Assembly: GCA_046303115.1 (NCBI GenBank)
Contig: JBKCGZ010000190.1
Coordinates: 1-62,761 of the forward strand
DNA: 62,761 nucleotides
Direction of reading: 5' to 3'
From: Bacteroidota bacterium
Lineage (GTDB): Bacteria; Bacteroidota; Bacteroidia; AKYH767-A; OLB10
Made by a program: the position numbers and the translations under genes. The number at the start of each line of letters is the position of its first letter. Within the stretch, counting starts at the first letter, position 1. Shown here in pieces: positions 22,772 through 33,136 of the stretch. Under the pieces are notes generated by a model. The model saw nothing but the letters and a program-made list of their open reading frames with translations. It was not told where the DNA came from and did no database searches.

Positions 22772-22832
22772 TTTTTATTAATTAAAATAGAACAATCATT
22801 AAAGTAGATTTAAATAAATGATTATGATAAAT

Positions 22833-22862
22833 AAAAAAGTCCCGAGTTTCGCTCGGGACTTT
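22833..22862 (-). terminator. Intrinsic terminator between convergent genes
   Basis: aaagtcccgag-tttcg-ctcgggacttt with A6 on the left (U-tract on minus strand). Confidence 0.85.
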
Positions 22863-22882
22863 CCATATAACTAAATTTTTAT

Positions 22883-24133
22883 TTAAAAATTCATATTCTC
22901 TTCTTCACCTAAAATTTTACGTCCAAGTAAAATCTGACTTTTAGCAAGATCACTTAACGTAAATGTATATTCTTCGCGCTTTTTGTCAATCACGCTTTGA
23001 GGGAAATTAATTCCATTTTCTAAACGGAAAATATATTCCTGATGAACAGAAGGTAATGCATCAGCCACCTGGCTTAATTCATATTGTCGAGCAGCATCAA
23101 TAACGGCTTCTTTCCAATCAACATTAGCACGAATAGTTACTTTGTTTCCTGCAAGGCGCAATGTTTCTAAGGCATCATCTAATTCAATGTTATCATCCAT
23201 TTGCGATTGAAATTCTTCAACAGCTTTGCAATATTTTAAGGTGCGCTTATCTTCAAATTGCTTAACAAAAGATTCTACAAGAGTAGTATCGAAGATGCTT
23301 AAAAACGGACGATTATCTGTCGATTTTTTCGACTCCGTATTTTTAATTTCTTTTAACTGTTGCTTGCGCGCTGCAGCACGGTATTTCTGCTCTTTATCAC
23401 CTCTCGTATCAGGTAATCCTAATAAATATCCTGTTCCCATATGTTCATCAAAGAACTTATACCAAGATGGGATGCGCGACTCAAGAGGACCATCGATACC
23501 AGGGAAATAGCAATCATCAGCTTCCGCTTTAAAGGCATCGTAATCCTGCCAGTTATCAAATCCGAAAACCTGATTTGCCTGACCTGACTTTAGAAACTTT
23601 ATGTACAACTCCAATTCAGCTTTGCTAACAGGAGAGATATAAGGACAATGTTGAATGTTTGTTCCGAGCGTTAAAAATTGTGTTGAGTGTTCTACACCTT
23701 TCAATCGTACTTGCTCAGCACGCCACTGGCATTGTAGATTAAATAATTTCTTTTGCTGAATAGCCCACAGCGCTTCTTCTGCAAGCATTTTATATTTCAG
23801 ATCTTTCTGTTCTTGAAGATTCATGTAATCTTGTCCACGAGTAAGATATAAGGCCTTACGACGAGCATAGTTCTTAATAAATGATTCCACAGAATGCGGA
23901 TTGAACTGCTTGAAGAATTCCTGATAAATAGATTGAGATCGAAGCTCTTCTTCCGTCTGCTGACGAATGATTTCGACTCTTAATTCTTCTTCGAATTTAT
24001 CCTGCAAGTGAGCAGGCACCTTTAAATCCTGTATCTGTTTATTCATGGCATTAAAAATTACAGGTCCTTCAACGGCAATAATTCTTAAGAGTTCCATGTT
24101 ATTTGAAAAAAAACGAATATTAGGTGCTTTCAC
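22883..24133 (-). CDS. Hypothetical soluble helical protein (start uncertain; ATG 24097 or 24046 also possible)
   Basis: Long ORF with normal codon usage and its own terminator; IQQKKLFNLQCQWRAE segment; no catalytic motif recognised. Confidence 0.75.
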   Translation of the reverse strand: MKAPNIRFFSNNMELLRIIAVEGPVIFNAMNKQIQDLKVPAHLQDKFEEELRVEIIRQQTEEELRSQSIYQEFFKQFNPHSVESFIKNYARRKALYLTRGQDYMNLQEQKDLKYKMLAEEALWAIQQKKLFNLQCQWRAEQVRLKGVEHSTQFLTLGTNIQHCPYISPVSKAELELYIKFLKSGQANQVFGFDNWQDYDAFKAEADDCYFPGIDGPLESRIPSWYKFFDEHMGTGYLLGLPDTRGDKEQKYRAAARKQQLKEIKNTESKKSTDNRPFLSIFDTTLVESFVKQFEDKRTLKYCKAVEEFQSQMDDNIELDDALETLRLAGNKVTIRANVDWKEAVIDAARQYELSQVADALPSVHQEYIFRLENGINFPQSVIDKKREEYTFTLSDLAKSQILLGRKILGEEENMNF

Positions 24134-24229
24134 TCAAATAAAGAGCGGTTCTTAATCTAACAATATACCGTTGAAAATTATCAAAATCAGGTATTGCAAG
24201 GCTTCTGTAAAAGCCATAAAATTGTATTT

Positions 24230-25105
24230 ATGAATACACCCATCAACGACAATGAAGTAAAGGCACTGATTAGCCTTTTAGATGATTCAGATAAGGAAGT
24301 TTATTCTCATATAGAAGAAAAATTAATCAGCCTTGGTAGAGAGGTCATTCCTTTTTTGGAAGATGCCTGGTCGCATGCATTTGATGCGGTATTGCAACAG
24401 CGCATTGAAGCCATTGTGCATCGTATTCAATTTGAAAATTTATTAGAAGACTTAAAACTGTGGATTCATACCAACGATGATAATCTGTTAAACGGAGCCT
24501 TATTAATTGCAAGGTATCAATATCCGGATATGGATACTTCACGCATTTTTGAGCAATTACAGCAGATTAAAAAAGAGATCTGGTTAGAGTTGAATGAGAA
24601 CCTCACTGCGTTAGAGATTATCAATATTATCAATCATATTCTATTTACGAATCATAATTTCAGTGGTAATACTGCTAATTACCATGCTCCTCAAAATTCG
24701 TTTATCAATATCGTATTAGAGAGCAAGAAAGGAAATCCGTTAACGTTAGGGATTGTTTATTTAACGATTGCGGAAATGTTAGGCTTACCGATTTATGGTG
24801 TTAATCTTCCAGAGCATTTTGTATTGGCGTATTGTGGTAACGACGAGCATTTTCAACTTGACAAGAAAAATGTGCTTTGTTACATTAATCCGTTTAGCAA
24901 AGGAACGGTGTTTGGCAAAAGTGATGTAGATGTATTCGTTAATCGACTAAAGCTTACTCCGCAAGACAGTCATTATTATCCTTGCTCTAACCGTGATATG
25001 ATTTTAAGAATGGTTAGAAACTTATCGCATTCCTATCAAAAATTAGGTGATACCGATAAGGTGGAAGAGTTGGCTCAGATGATTGCCTTGTTTAATGTGA
25101 AATAA
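24230..25105 (+). CDS. Transglutaminase-like SirB1-family protein
   Basis: ALISLLDD, NSFINIVLESKKGNPLTL, GVNLPEHF, YINPF; start moved to ATG 24230. Confidence 0.85.
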   Translation: MNTPINDNEVKALISLLDDSDKEVYSHIEEKLISLGREVIPFLEDAWSHAFDAVLQQRIEAIVHRIQFENLLEDLKLWIHTNDDNLLNGALLIARYQYPDMDTSRIFEQLQQIKKEIWLELNENLTALEIINIINHILFTNHNFSGNTANYHAPQNSFINIVLESKKGNPLTLGIVYLTIAEMLGLPIYGVNLPEHFVLAYCGNDEHFQLDKKNVLCYINPFSKGTVFGKSDVDVFVNRLKLTPQDSHYYPCSNRDMILRMVRNLSHSYQKLGDTDKVEELAQMIALFNVK

Positions 25106-25685
25106 TTTTTTTGAAGGTCAACCAGATAATTTTAATATCGGTTGTTAAACTTTTTTCAGCAATATACTTCTGATTTAAAAGCAGCTTTGCTGGCATTATT
25201 TCATCGATGTAGGTGCGTTCTGGATCGTTGGATTTAGCAAGCAACTCATTTTCTTCGGAATACTCAATAGAAGCATAATCAGTAATACCAGGCTTCACCG
25301 ATAACACCTTTTGTTGTTCTACATTATAAAGGTCAACATACTTTCTTACCTCCGGACGCGGACCCACTAAACTCATGGAGCCAAACAATACATTTAATAA
25401 TTGAGGTAGCTCATCTAATTTATACTTGCGTAAAAAATATCCGATAGGCGTTACGCGTGGATCACGACCACCAACAGTTAAGAGTCCTGCTTTATCCGCA
25501 TTCATCTGCATAGTGCGGAATTTAAAAATTTTGAAATCACGACTGTTTAGTCCTACACGCGTTTGCATGTAAAACACGGGACCCTTACTTCCTAATTTAA
25601 TCAAGAGCGCAATTATCAGAAAAAATGGTGATACCAATAAAAGCATTGGAATGGTAATCATCAAATCAAATAATCGCTTTACCAT
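25092..25685 (-). CDS. Bacterial sugar transferase (initiating phosphoglycosyl transferase, PglC/WcaJ-like)
   Basis: KRLFD, KFRTM, LDELPQL, MSLVGPRPE, KPGIT. Confidence 0.95.
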   Translation of the reverse strand: MVKRLFDLMITIPMLLLVSPFFLIIALLIKLGSKGPVFYMQTRVGLNSRDFKIFKFRTMQMNADKAGLLTVGGRDPRVTPIGYFLRKYKLDELPQLLNVLFGSMSLVGPRPEVRKYVDLYNVEQQKVLSVKPGITDYASIEYSEENELLAKSNDPERTYIDEIMPAKLLLNQKYIAEKSLTTDIKIIWLTFKKIISH

Positions 25686-25690
25686 AATAC

Positions 25691-26911
25691 TTACGATAAG
25701 GTAGAAGTAACTGCATTCGCTACTGCATCAACAATACGTTTCAGCATTTCATCTGATAAATCATAAAATACCGGTAAGGAAATTTCACGACTGTAATTAT
25801 CATACGTCACAGGATAATTAGAAATGTTATATCCACGGTTTTTGTAGAATGATAACATCGCCAGCGGAATGAAATGCACATTCACACTTACATCCGCATC
25901 AAATATCTTTTGAATAATGGCATCGCGCTGCGCCTCAGAAATTCCTTTTATACGAATAGGATAGAGGTGATAAGAAGTTTCAGCAGTATCGTTTTTCAAA
26001 GGAGGTAATTGCGCCCACTCGAAATTTTTAAAATGATTGGCATAGTACTCACAAACCGCTTTTCGTTTTAACAGCGTATCATTTTCATAGCGCTTCAACT
26101 CAATTAATCCGATGGCCGCCATCAAATCCGTCATGTTGCATTTGTAACCAGCTTCGATAATATCATAGCGCCAATTTCCTTTTTGCATCTTCGCCAATGC
26201 ATCTTTATTCTGACCATGCAAAGTAAAAATGCAGAGGTATTTGTAAATGTCTTCGTTATTAAATGGAGCAGGGAAGTTCAATGCAATGGCACCACCTTCG
26301 GCAGTGGTTAAGTTCTTCACTGCGTGGAAAGAATAAACCGTTGCATCCGCCCATACACCTGTATGCTTGCCTTTGTAGTACGCACCTAACGAATGTGCCG
26401 CATCCGAAAGCACCATTATTCTTCCTAATGTAGTTTGATTTTCTCCTTCAGCCACAAAATGTGATTTGATAACCGGATCATTCACAAGATCCATGATAGC
26501 TGAATAATCGCAAGGATAGCCAGCAATATCAACGGGCATAACCACTTTCGTTTTTGAAGTAATTGCTTTGCGGATATTCGCCACGTTAATATTGAAATCA
26601 TCCGCATTCACATCCACCAGCACCGGTGTAGCACCACAATGTACCACCACATTCGCAGTAGCCGAATACGTATATGCGGGTAGAATCACTTCATCGCCTT
26701 CTTTTACTCCGTACCATTTCAACATCACTTCTAATCCAGCCGTAGCAGAGTTCAAACAAAGCGTTGCTGCATTACCGTTATAAGCAGATAGTTCCTTTTC
26801 AAACTGCTTGGTTCGCGGACCAGTAGTAATCCAACCAGAACGTAAAGTGGCTACAACTTCATTAATAATTTCATCGTCGATACGAGGTGGGGCAAAGGGG
26901 ATGAGGGACAT
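25691..26911 (-). CDS. DegT/DnrJ/EryC1/StrS family sugar aminotransferase
   Basis: SGWITTGP, NSATAGL, DAAHSLGA, SFHAVKNLTTAEGG (PLP Lys). Confidence 0.95.
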   Translation of the reverse strand: MSLIPFAPPRIDDEIINEVVATLRSGWITTGPRTKQFEKELSAYNGNAATLCLNSATAGLEVMLKWYGVKEGDEVILPAYTYSATANVVVHCGATPVLVDVNADDFNINVANIRKAITSKTKVVMPVDIAGYPCDYSAIMDLVNDPVIKSHFVAEGENQTTLGRIMVLSDAAHSLGAYYKGKHTGVWADATVYSFHAVKNLTTAEGGAIALNFPAPFNNEDIYKYLCIFTLHGQNKDALAKMQKGNWRYDIIEAGYKCNMTDLMAAIGLIELKRYENDTLLKRKAVCEYYANHFKNFEWAQLPPLKNDTAETSYHLYPIRIKGISEAQRDAIIQKIFDADVSVNVHFIPLAMLSFYKNRGYNISNYPVTYDNYSREISLPVFYDLSDEMLKRIVDAVANAVTSTLS

Positions 26912-26918
26912 ATGTTTT

Positions 26919-27002
26919 AATTTGAAGATTAATTAATTTGAAAATTTGAAGATGTGCTTCCCGATGCCTCGGGATTGATGATTTGGTAATTTATTAATTT
27001 GA
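26919..27002. repeat. Intergenic AATTTGAA-type short repeats around a GC palindrome TCCCGA-TGCC-TCGGGA
   Basis: aatttgaagat at 26919 and 26943, aatttgaa at 26935, degenerate copies to 27002; palindrome 26959-26974. Confidence 0.7.
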
Positions 27003-27009
27003 GGAAGTA

Positions 27010-28239
27010 TTATAAAGTGTCCCCGGAGGGGTCTACTTTATGAATTCGACCGAAGAGGCTAATGATTAATGCAAAGAAGATGGCGCCGCGTTGTGCTTCT
27101 AACATAGATTCTGTTAAACAATTCAATGCAAAAATAAATAACATCATCAATAGTAATGGATGATAACTGTTACGCATGATCCAAGGAATTATAATCGTCA
27201 GTAAAAACAAGAGTAATCCGATTATTCCAAGTGCTAAGAACGATTGTAAATACTGATTATGTGCATTCAGCGATTTTTCATAGCCGTATGCGAAATCATG
27301 TTTATGATATTCCAAATTCAAAACATCTTTCACATCACCAGTGCCTGTCCCCAATAACCAATACTCCGGCAACAACGAAATCGTTTCTTTCCATATCTCC
27401 ACTCTACCTGTAGTGCTATTATATGACACAGTGGTTGGGGCTTCATTATGCTGCACCGCCACTTCTACCTGCGTAAAGCGATTGCTGTACTTCAGCATAA
27501 ACACTTGTAAACTTGTCGCAACAGCAAATACAAACAATAGGGGATAAATAAATCGATAACTTCCTTTTTTCTTCCAATACAAAACAATCATTACTAAAAT
27601 CGAAATAAAGGCAGTTGCTTCGGCTGTTCGTGCTGACAATAAAATAATCATCGAGAAAAATAAAATCATAAATGCGGCACCCATCCAGATCGTTCTTCGG
27701 TGGTTGGATAAAATCATTTCATGAAATACAAATATCAACGCTGCATTTAAGTACAAACTAAAGTAAGTAGGATGCATCAGGTGACTCGATAATTCAGAAT
27801 AAAAGAACACCGACAATTGTCTCGAATGAAAATAGCTGTTGAACGAAATTGCTAATAAATAAATGCAGGATACTAAAACACCTCCGATGAAATACCTTCT
27901 GATTTTATTTATAAACGCATCGTCAATTTGAAAGGAGGAAAGTATAATCGGCAACAATAAAAAAGTAAGTTTAATCTGTAAGTCTAAACCAGCCTGCGAA
28001 TAATTGCTCGTCCACAATACGCCCAACAAATGCATCACATACAACGCAGGTAACAACCATAAATACTTTTCGCTTTTAAACTGATTGATCATTAATGATC
28101 GATGTTCTTTCAGAAACAAAGAAATCAATCCTATCAAAACCCAGCAAACAATCGACACCAACAAATTAAAAGAAAAGCAAAATACTGAAATCAGCAGTAG
28201 CCATTTCTTAAGTGATGTTGATGGTAATTGTGTTATCAT
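27010..28239 (-). CDS. O-antigen ligase/polymerase (Wzy_C) family protein
   Basis: Multi-TM; HPTYFSLY, SART, GRVEIW, GTGTGD, NAHNQYLQ. Confidence 0.88.
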   Translation of the reverse strand: MITQLPSTSLKKWLLLISVFCFSFNLLVSIVCWVLIGLISLFLKEHRSLMINQFKSEKYLWLLPALYVMHLLGVLWTSNYSQAGLDLQIKLTFLLLPIILSSFQIDDAFINKIRRYFIGGVLVSCIYLLAISFNSYFHSRQLSVFFYSELSSHLMHPTYFSLYLNAALIFVFHEMILSNHRRTIWMGAAFMILFFSMIILLSARTAEATAFISILVMIVLYWKKKGSYRFIYPLLFVFAVATSLQVFMLKYSNRFTQVEVAVQHNEAPTTVSYNSTTGRVEIWKETISLLPEYWLLGTGTGDVKDVLNLEYHKHDFAYGYEKSLNAHNQYLQSFLALGIIGLLLFLLTIIIPWIMRNSYHPLLLMMLFIFALNCLTESMLEAQRGAIFFALIISLFGRIHKVDPSGDTL

Positions 28240-28263
28240 TTGCAGTATAAAAATACGCTTCTT

Positions 28264-29475
28264 TTAATTAAATGTGCTTACCCAATCAGCTGTTATTTTC
28301 TTACGCATGAAGAACTTTTGAACATACGATTGACCATTGGCACCCATTGTTTTTACGACATCCGGATTAGCTTCGAGATAGAGCGACTTTTCAGCCAGCA
28401 TCTGACTGTTTTCGGGCTCAATAAATAATCCGGCATTGCCTTCATCAATAAACAATCGTCTAGCCTCACCATCCACTGAAAGCAATAATGGTTTTGCCAA
28501 GGCTAAGTTTTCAAATATCTTCGATGGTATAGCACCGAGAAATAAATCCATTTTCTTCAAAGGAATAACCGCTACATCAACTGAATCAACATAAGAGGGA
28601 ACCACCTCTCTGCTCACCAATTCTAAAAACTTTACTCGGGTAATGTTTTCATCATTCACGCGCTGCATTAAACGGCTCTTCTCAGGACCATCACCTAATA
28701 ATAAATAAACGATTTTACTTTCAGCAGGAAGTAATTTAGCAGCATCCAAAATCACATCAAGTCCTTGCGCTAGTCCGATAATTCCAGCATACATAATCAG
28801 AAAATCATCTTGCGCTAATTGTAATTGCTGACGAACGTTATCTTGTTTCTTAAACCTAAAAATCGATTCATCTACTCCGTTAGGAAGCCAATGAACTTTT
28901 TTATCAGGAAAACGACTTTTAATATTTTGTACAATTCCTTGCGTCTGACCCGTCACCATAAACGACTTTTTATAAAGCCATTCTTCGAGGATAGTAGCCA
29001 GTTTAAGAAATAGTTTATTCGTTATCACTCCTAATTTCTCTGCTGATTCAGGCCATAAATCGCTCACGTTAAAAACCATCTTAGCTTTCTTGCGTTTGCT
29101 GATCCACCATGCACTAATACCAAGAAATAGAGGAGGGGACTCCACCATTAGATAATCGAAATTCCCTTTAATTTTTGAAGCATAATACATCGATGAAAAT
29201 GTAAACGAAAAGTAATTCATCAACCTTGAAATAACCGAACGATTTTTACTTACATAAATCCACGCACGATGTACAGGAATATTTTCAAACTCATCGCAGA
29301 CATATTTCTTACCGATATAATCAGCATGAATTTGCATTGCGGGATAATTGGGCATGGCGGTTAACACAACCACCTCATGTCCCATTTGTTTTAACTCTCT
29401 TGCCAAACCACTCAATCGGTTTTGAGGCGCTCCTGTTTCAGGAGGATAGTACTGAGTTAAAATCAAAAAACGCAT
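28264..29475 (-). CDS. Glycosyltransferase family 4 (WbuB-like)
   Basis: TQYYPPETGA, MPNYP, DLWPES, PSKIFE. Confidence 0.92.
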   Translation of the reverse strand: MRFLILTQYYPPETGAPQNRLSGLARELKQMGHEVVVLTAMPNYPAMQIHADYIGKKYVCDEFENIPVHRAWIYVSKNRSVISRLMNYFSFTFSSMYYASKIKGNFDYLMVESPPLFLGISAWWISKRKKAKMVFNVSDLWPESAEKLGVITNKLFLKLATILEEWLYKKSFMVTGQTQGIVQNIKSRFPDKKVHWLPNGVDESIFRFKKQDNVRQQLQLAQDDFLIMYAGIIGLAQGLDVILDAAKLLPAESKIVYLLLGDGPEKSRLMQRVNDENITRVKFLELVSREVVPSYVDSVDVAVIPLKKMDLFLGAIPSKIFENLALAKPLLLSVDGEARRLFIDEGNAGLFIEPENSQMLAEKSLYLEANPDVVKTMGANGQSYVQKFFMRKKITADWVSTFN

Positions 29476-29477
29476 GA

Positions 29478-30545
29478 CTATAAAATTAATTCATTAACGA
29501 TGCGCGTTGCTGCTTTTCCACCACCGTATAAATCAACATTGAAATCGCAGTTAGCCGATAATGCCGATGTATAAGCACTTAGAATTTTCTCTTCATCAGC
29601 ACCTGCCAATAGATTAAATCCTCCTTTCACTAACTCTACCCATTCTGTTTCATCACGAAGGGTGATACAAAACTTCTGAAAGAAAAAGGCTTCCTTCTGC
29701 AATCCACCGCTGTCTGTCATGACCAACTTGCAATGCTTTAACAATTCAAGCATATCGAAATAGCCAACAGGATCAATAATCGTAAGCGAAGTATTCATTC
29801 CTGCGTCCTTCATGATTTTTTGCGTTCGCGGATGCAAAGGCAAAACCACTTGACGTTCGGTATTTATTTTTTCGAGTGCATTAATAATCGATTGCAAACG
29901 ATGAAGATCATTTGTGTTTTCTGCTCTATGTAACGTGCATAGCACAAAATCCTGTAAGTTTAATGATTTGAAAACTGTCGATTTCTCCTCTGAATATTCA
30001 GCATAATACATCGCTGCATCCTGCATCACATCGCCAGAAAGAATTAATTTATTATTCGCAAATGGATATCCTTCTTTTGTTAAATTATCAATTGCCGTTT
30101 GCGTAGGACAGAAGAGCATGGATGCAAGTCGATCGGTAAGAATACGATTTTGTTCTTCAGGCATTGCCATGTTAAACGAACGAAGTCCTGCTTCTACATG
30201 CGCTACTGGAATCAATAATTTAGAAGCTGCCAATGCACCCGCTAAAGTGCTATTGGTATCTCCATAAACTAAAACTAAATCGGGCTTTTCATCAACCAGA
30301 ATGCGTTCTATTCCTTCTAACATTTGTCCTGTCATTGCTCCATGACCTAAACCATGAATACCTAAATGAAAGGCCGGTTTAGGAATATCCATCTCATCGA
30401 AAAACACATCCGACATATTCGCATCGTGATGCTGACCAGTATGAATGATAAGCTCAGTAACCGCTGCATGTTTTTTTAACTCACGACTAACTACCGCCGC
30501 TTTCACAAACTGAGGACGAGCTCCAACAACGGTAATGATTTTCAT
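29478..30545 (-). CDS. wecB: UDP-N-acetylglucosamine 2-epimerase (non-hydrolysing)
   Basis: VGARPQFVK, HTGQH, GDTNST, HVEAGLRS, TDSGGLQKEA. Confidence 0.95.
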   Translation of the reverse strand: MKIITVVGARPQFVKAAVVSRELKKHAAVTELIIHTGQHHDANMSDVFFDEMDIPKPAFHLGIHGLGHGAMTGQMLEGIERILVDEKPDLVLVYGDTNSTLAGALAASKLLIPVAHVEAGLRSFNMAMPEEQNRILTDRLASMLFCPTQTAIDNLTKEGYPFANNKLILSGDVMQDAAMYYAEYSEEKSTVFKSLNLQDFVLCTLHRAENTNDLHRLQSIINALEKINTERQVVLPLHPRTQKIMKDAGMNTSLTIIDPVGYFDMLELLKHCKLVMTDSGGLQKEAFFFQKFCITLRDETEWVELVKGGFNLLAGADEEKILSAYTSALSANCDFNVDLYGGGKAATRIVNELIL

Positions 30546-30596
30546 GCTATACGATTGTTAAATAGAAGAACAAAAAGAAATTAAATCCTAATGAAA

Positions 30597-32156
30597 TTAC
30601 TTAGCATAATTCACTGCTCTCGTCTCACGAATAACAGTCACCTTTACCTGACCAGGATACGTCATTTCCGTTTGAATACGATTAGCGATATCAAATGATA
30701 ATTGCTCTGTTGCTTTATCATCTAACTTCTCACTCTCAACAATCACACGTAACTCACGACCAGCTTGAATAGCAAATGCTTTTTCAACACCTTTATATCC
30801 TTGAGCAAGATTTTCCATTTCCTTTAATCGCTTCATGTATTGCTCAACGATTTCACGACGAGCACCTGGACGCGCACCACTGATAGCATCACAAACCTGA
30901 ACGATAGGAGAGATCATACTTGTCATTTCGATCTCATCATGATGGGCTCCAATCGCATTGATAACTTCCGCGTTTTCCTTGCTGCGTTCAGCCATCTTCA
31001 TACCTGCAATAGCATGTGGAAGTTCTGTATCTTCTTCAGCAACTTTACCAATATCGTGTAGTAGACCTGCACGCTTAGCTAACTTCACATTCAAGCCTAA
31101 TTCAGCAGCCATTAATGCACAAAGGTTCGCTACTTCGCGAGAGTGTTGTAATAAATTTTGTCCGTAAGATGAACGATATTTCATTCTACCTACCATACGA
31201 ATTAACTCAGGAGCTAATCCGTGAATTCCTAAATCGATAGCCGTACGCTTACCGATCTCAATAATTTCTTCGTCTAACTGACGACGAACTTTCGCCACTA
31301 CTTCTTCAATTCTCGCAGGGTGAATACGTCCGTCGGATACTAACTGATGCAACGCTAAACGCGCTAACTCTCTTCTTACCGGATCAAAACCTGAAAGGAT
31401 AATTGCTTCTGGAGTATCATCCACAATAATTTCAATTCCTGTTGCTGCTTCTAATGCACGAATATTTCTTCCTTCACGTCCGATTACACGACCTTTTACT
31501 TCATCATTATCAATATGAAAAACAGTCACCGCGTTTTCAATTGCATGCTCTGTAGCCACACGTTGAATCGTTTGAATAACGATACGCTTCGCTTCCTTAT
31601 TAGCAGTTAATTTTGCTTCGTCGATAGAGTCCTTAATAAACGACATTGCTTCTGTTTTAGCTTCAGCTTTTAAAGCTTCTACTAATTGTGCTTTTGCATC
31701 TTCTGCTGATAGTCCTGCAATTTTCTCTAATGCATGAACCTGCTTCTGATGTGCTTTCTCTAACTCTTCCTTACGGCGATTGATGACTTCTAACTGAGCA
31801 TTTAAGTTCGTTTGAATCGTTTCAACTTCCGTTTGCTTTCTCTTGTTTTGCTCTAATTGCTGATTAAGCGTTGTTTCTTTTTGTTTGATTCTGTTTTCAG
31901 CAGCTAAGATGGCTTTATCTTTTTCAGTGATATGCTTCTCATGCTCTGTCTTCATTTGATAAAAGCGATCTTTCGCTTCCATCGTTTTATCCTTCAGATA
32001 CAATTCGCCTTTCGCCTGTGCTTCTTTAATAATTGCTTGTGCTTTTTCTTCTGCAGCAGCAACAATTCCGTTGTTGTTTTTTCTGGTAACTATAAATGTT
32101 AATACTCCGCCTACTGCAAGTCCCGCAAGTGCGAGTATGATAGAAATTGGTTCCAT
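30597..32156 (-). CDS. rny: Ribonuclease Y
   Basis: N-terminal TM, coiled coil, KH ([11 protein letters not shown]), HD domain (LLHDIGK). Confidence 0.97.
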   Translation of the reverse strand: MEPISIILALAGLAVGGVLTFIVTRKNNNGIVAAAEEKAQAIIKEAQAKGELYLKDKTMEAKDRFYQMKTEHEKHITEKDKAILAAENRIKQKETTLNQQLEQNKRKQTEVETIQTNLNAQLEVINRRKEELEKAHQKQVHALEKIAGLSAEDAKAQLVEALKAEAKTEAMSFIKDSIDEAKLTANKEAKRIVIQTIQRVATEHAIENAVTVFHIDNDEVKGRVIGREGRNIRALEAATGIEIIVDDTPEAIILSGFDPVRRELARLALHQLVSDGRIHPARIEEVVAKVRRQLDEEIIEIGKRTAIDLGIHGLAPELIRMVGRMKYRSSYGQNLLQHSREVANLCALMAAELGLNVKLAKRAGLLHDIGKVAEEDTELPHAIAGMKMAERSKENAEVINAIGAHHDEIEMTSMISPIVQVCDAISGARPGARREIVEQYMKRLKEMENLAQGYKGVEKAFAIQAGRELRVIVESEKLDDKATEQLSFDIANRIQTEMTYPGQVKVTVIRETRAVNYAK

Positions 32157-32215
32157 AATTTAATTTTTGTTTGTTTATATAGTGATTTGTCTTGCGACAA
32201 TAATTGCTTTTTTTT

Positions 32216-32380
32216 GAAGCTCCGCATCCACCCTGGGAGAATTAAAACCCATTAGATAGGGTCGGAGTACACCCCATTGATTCATGCTTTCCTTGCGGAC
32301 ATGCAATCGGCAACGCAAAATGCCTCCTAAGTGTTTGAATGTTGATTTTAATCTGCGACCAGAATGGTATGCGGATCTTC
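32216..32380 (-). ncRNA. ssrS: 6S RNA
   Basis: 165-nt element whose ends pair (5' GAAGAUCCGCAUACCAUUCUGG with 3' CCAGGGUGGAUGCGGAGCUUC), central bubble, apical GCAUG-UCC-GCAA-GGA-AAG-CAUG arm; directly downstream of zapA, the usual ssrS position. Confidence 0.85.
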
Positions 32381-32426
32381 TAACTATTTTTTATCCCTTT
32401 TCGGGTGATGATCAAAGAACGAAGAA

Positions 32427-32726
32427 CTATTGATTATCAGGCCCGAAAGCAGTCACCAATTCAGAAAGCTTGGTCAGCTCACTCGCCAACTCCTGTTCTT
32501 TCTTATCTCTATTGCTGTTGGCAGTAATAATATCTGCTGCCTGTTGTAACGCACACATCGCCAAAATATCCTGAGGCTCCTTTAAATTGAAAGACGATTG
32601 ATAGGTTTTAAGTTGCTCAGCAACCTTCGCAGCTGCTTTTTGCAAGATTTCAACCTGATCCTCTTTCACCTTGAGGGGGTAGGACTTATTGGCAATTTGT
32701 ACCTGTATAGAGACGGTTTTGCTCAC
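32427..32726 (-). CDS. zapA: Cell division protein ZapA
   Basis: IANKSYPL, QDILAMCAL; zapB-zapA-ssrS-rny synteny. Confidence 0.9.
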   Translation of the reverse strand: MSKTVSIQVQIANKSYPLKVKEDQVEILQKAAAKVAEQLKTYQSSFNLKEPQDILAMCALQQAADIITANSNRDKKEQELASELTKLSELVTAFGPDNQ

Positions 32727-32729
32727 CTT

Positions 32730-33026
32730 TTAATCTTTGTTCAACAACGACAAACAACGATCAATTTCGCGTAAGTAGTTGTTAATTTGAATTTTAAGCT
32801 CTCGGGTTTCCGTTTTCTCCGGTACCGCTAAAGCCTGTGCTAATTTAATTGTTTTCAACTGTTCTTTTAGTGCCTCACACTCATTAATTGCAACTTCTTT
32901 TTCAACTTGCAACTGTTCATTTTGTGATGCCAGTTTTGAATTCTCTTTCTGTAATTTATGATGCTGCTCCACCGCCAATTTTATTTGCGATTTCAACTTT
33001 TGTATTTGATCCATTACAGAATTCAT
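32730..33026 (-). CDS. ZapB-like coiled-coil protein
   Basis: All coiled coil, ends LREIDRCLSLLN; upstream of zapA; -7 box at 33052-33059. Confidence 0.75.
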   Translation of the reverse strand: MNSVMDQIQKLKSQIKLAVEQHHKLQKENSKLASQNEQLQVEKEVAINECEALKEQLKTIKLAQALAVPEKTETRELKIQINNYLREIDRCLSLLNKD

Positions 33027-33136
33027 AAATCAGTGATTTTGAACAATGAAACAAATGTAATTGAATATATGGTTTTAACCAAAAAAATGCGTTTATTTAT
33101 AGGAAGTGGAAATATTATTCTATTTTCATAGCCCGT

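Noticed and set aside
26919-27002. Possible CRISPR array
   Set aside because: Units are 8-11 nt with no unique 30-40 nt spacers, and there are no cas genes
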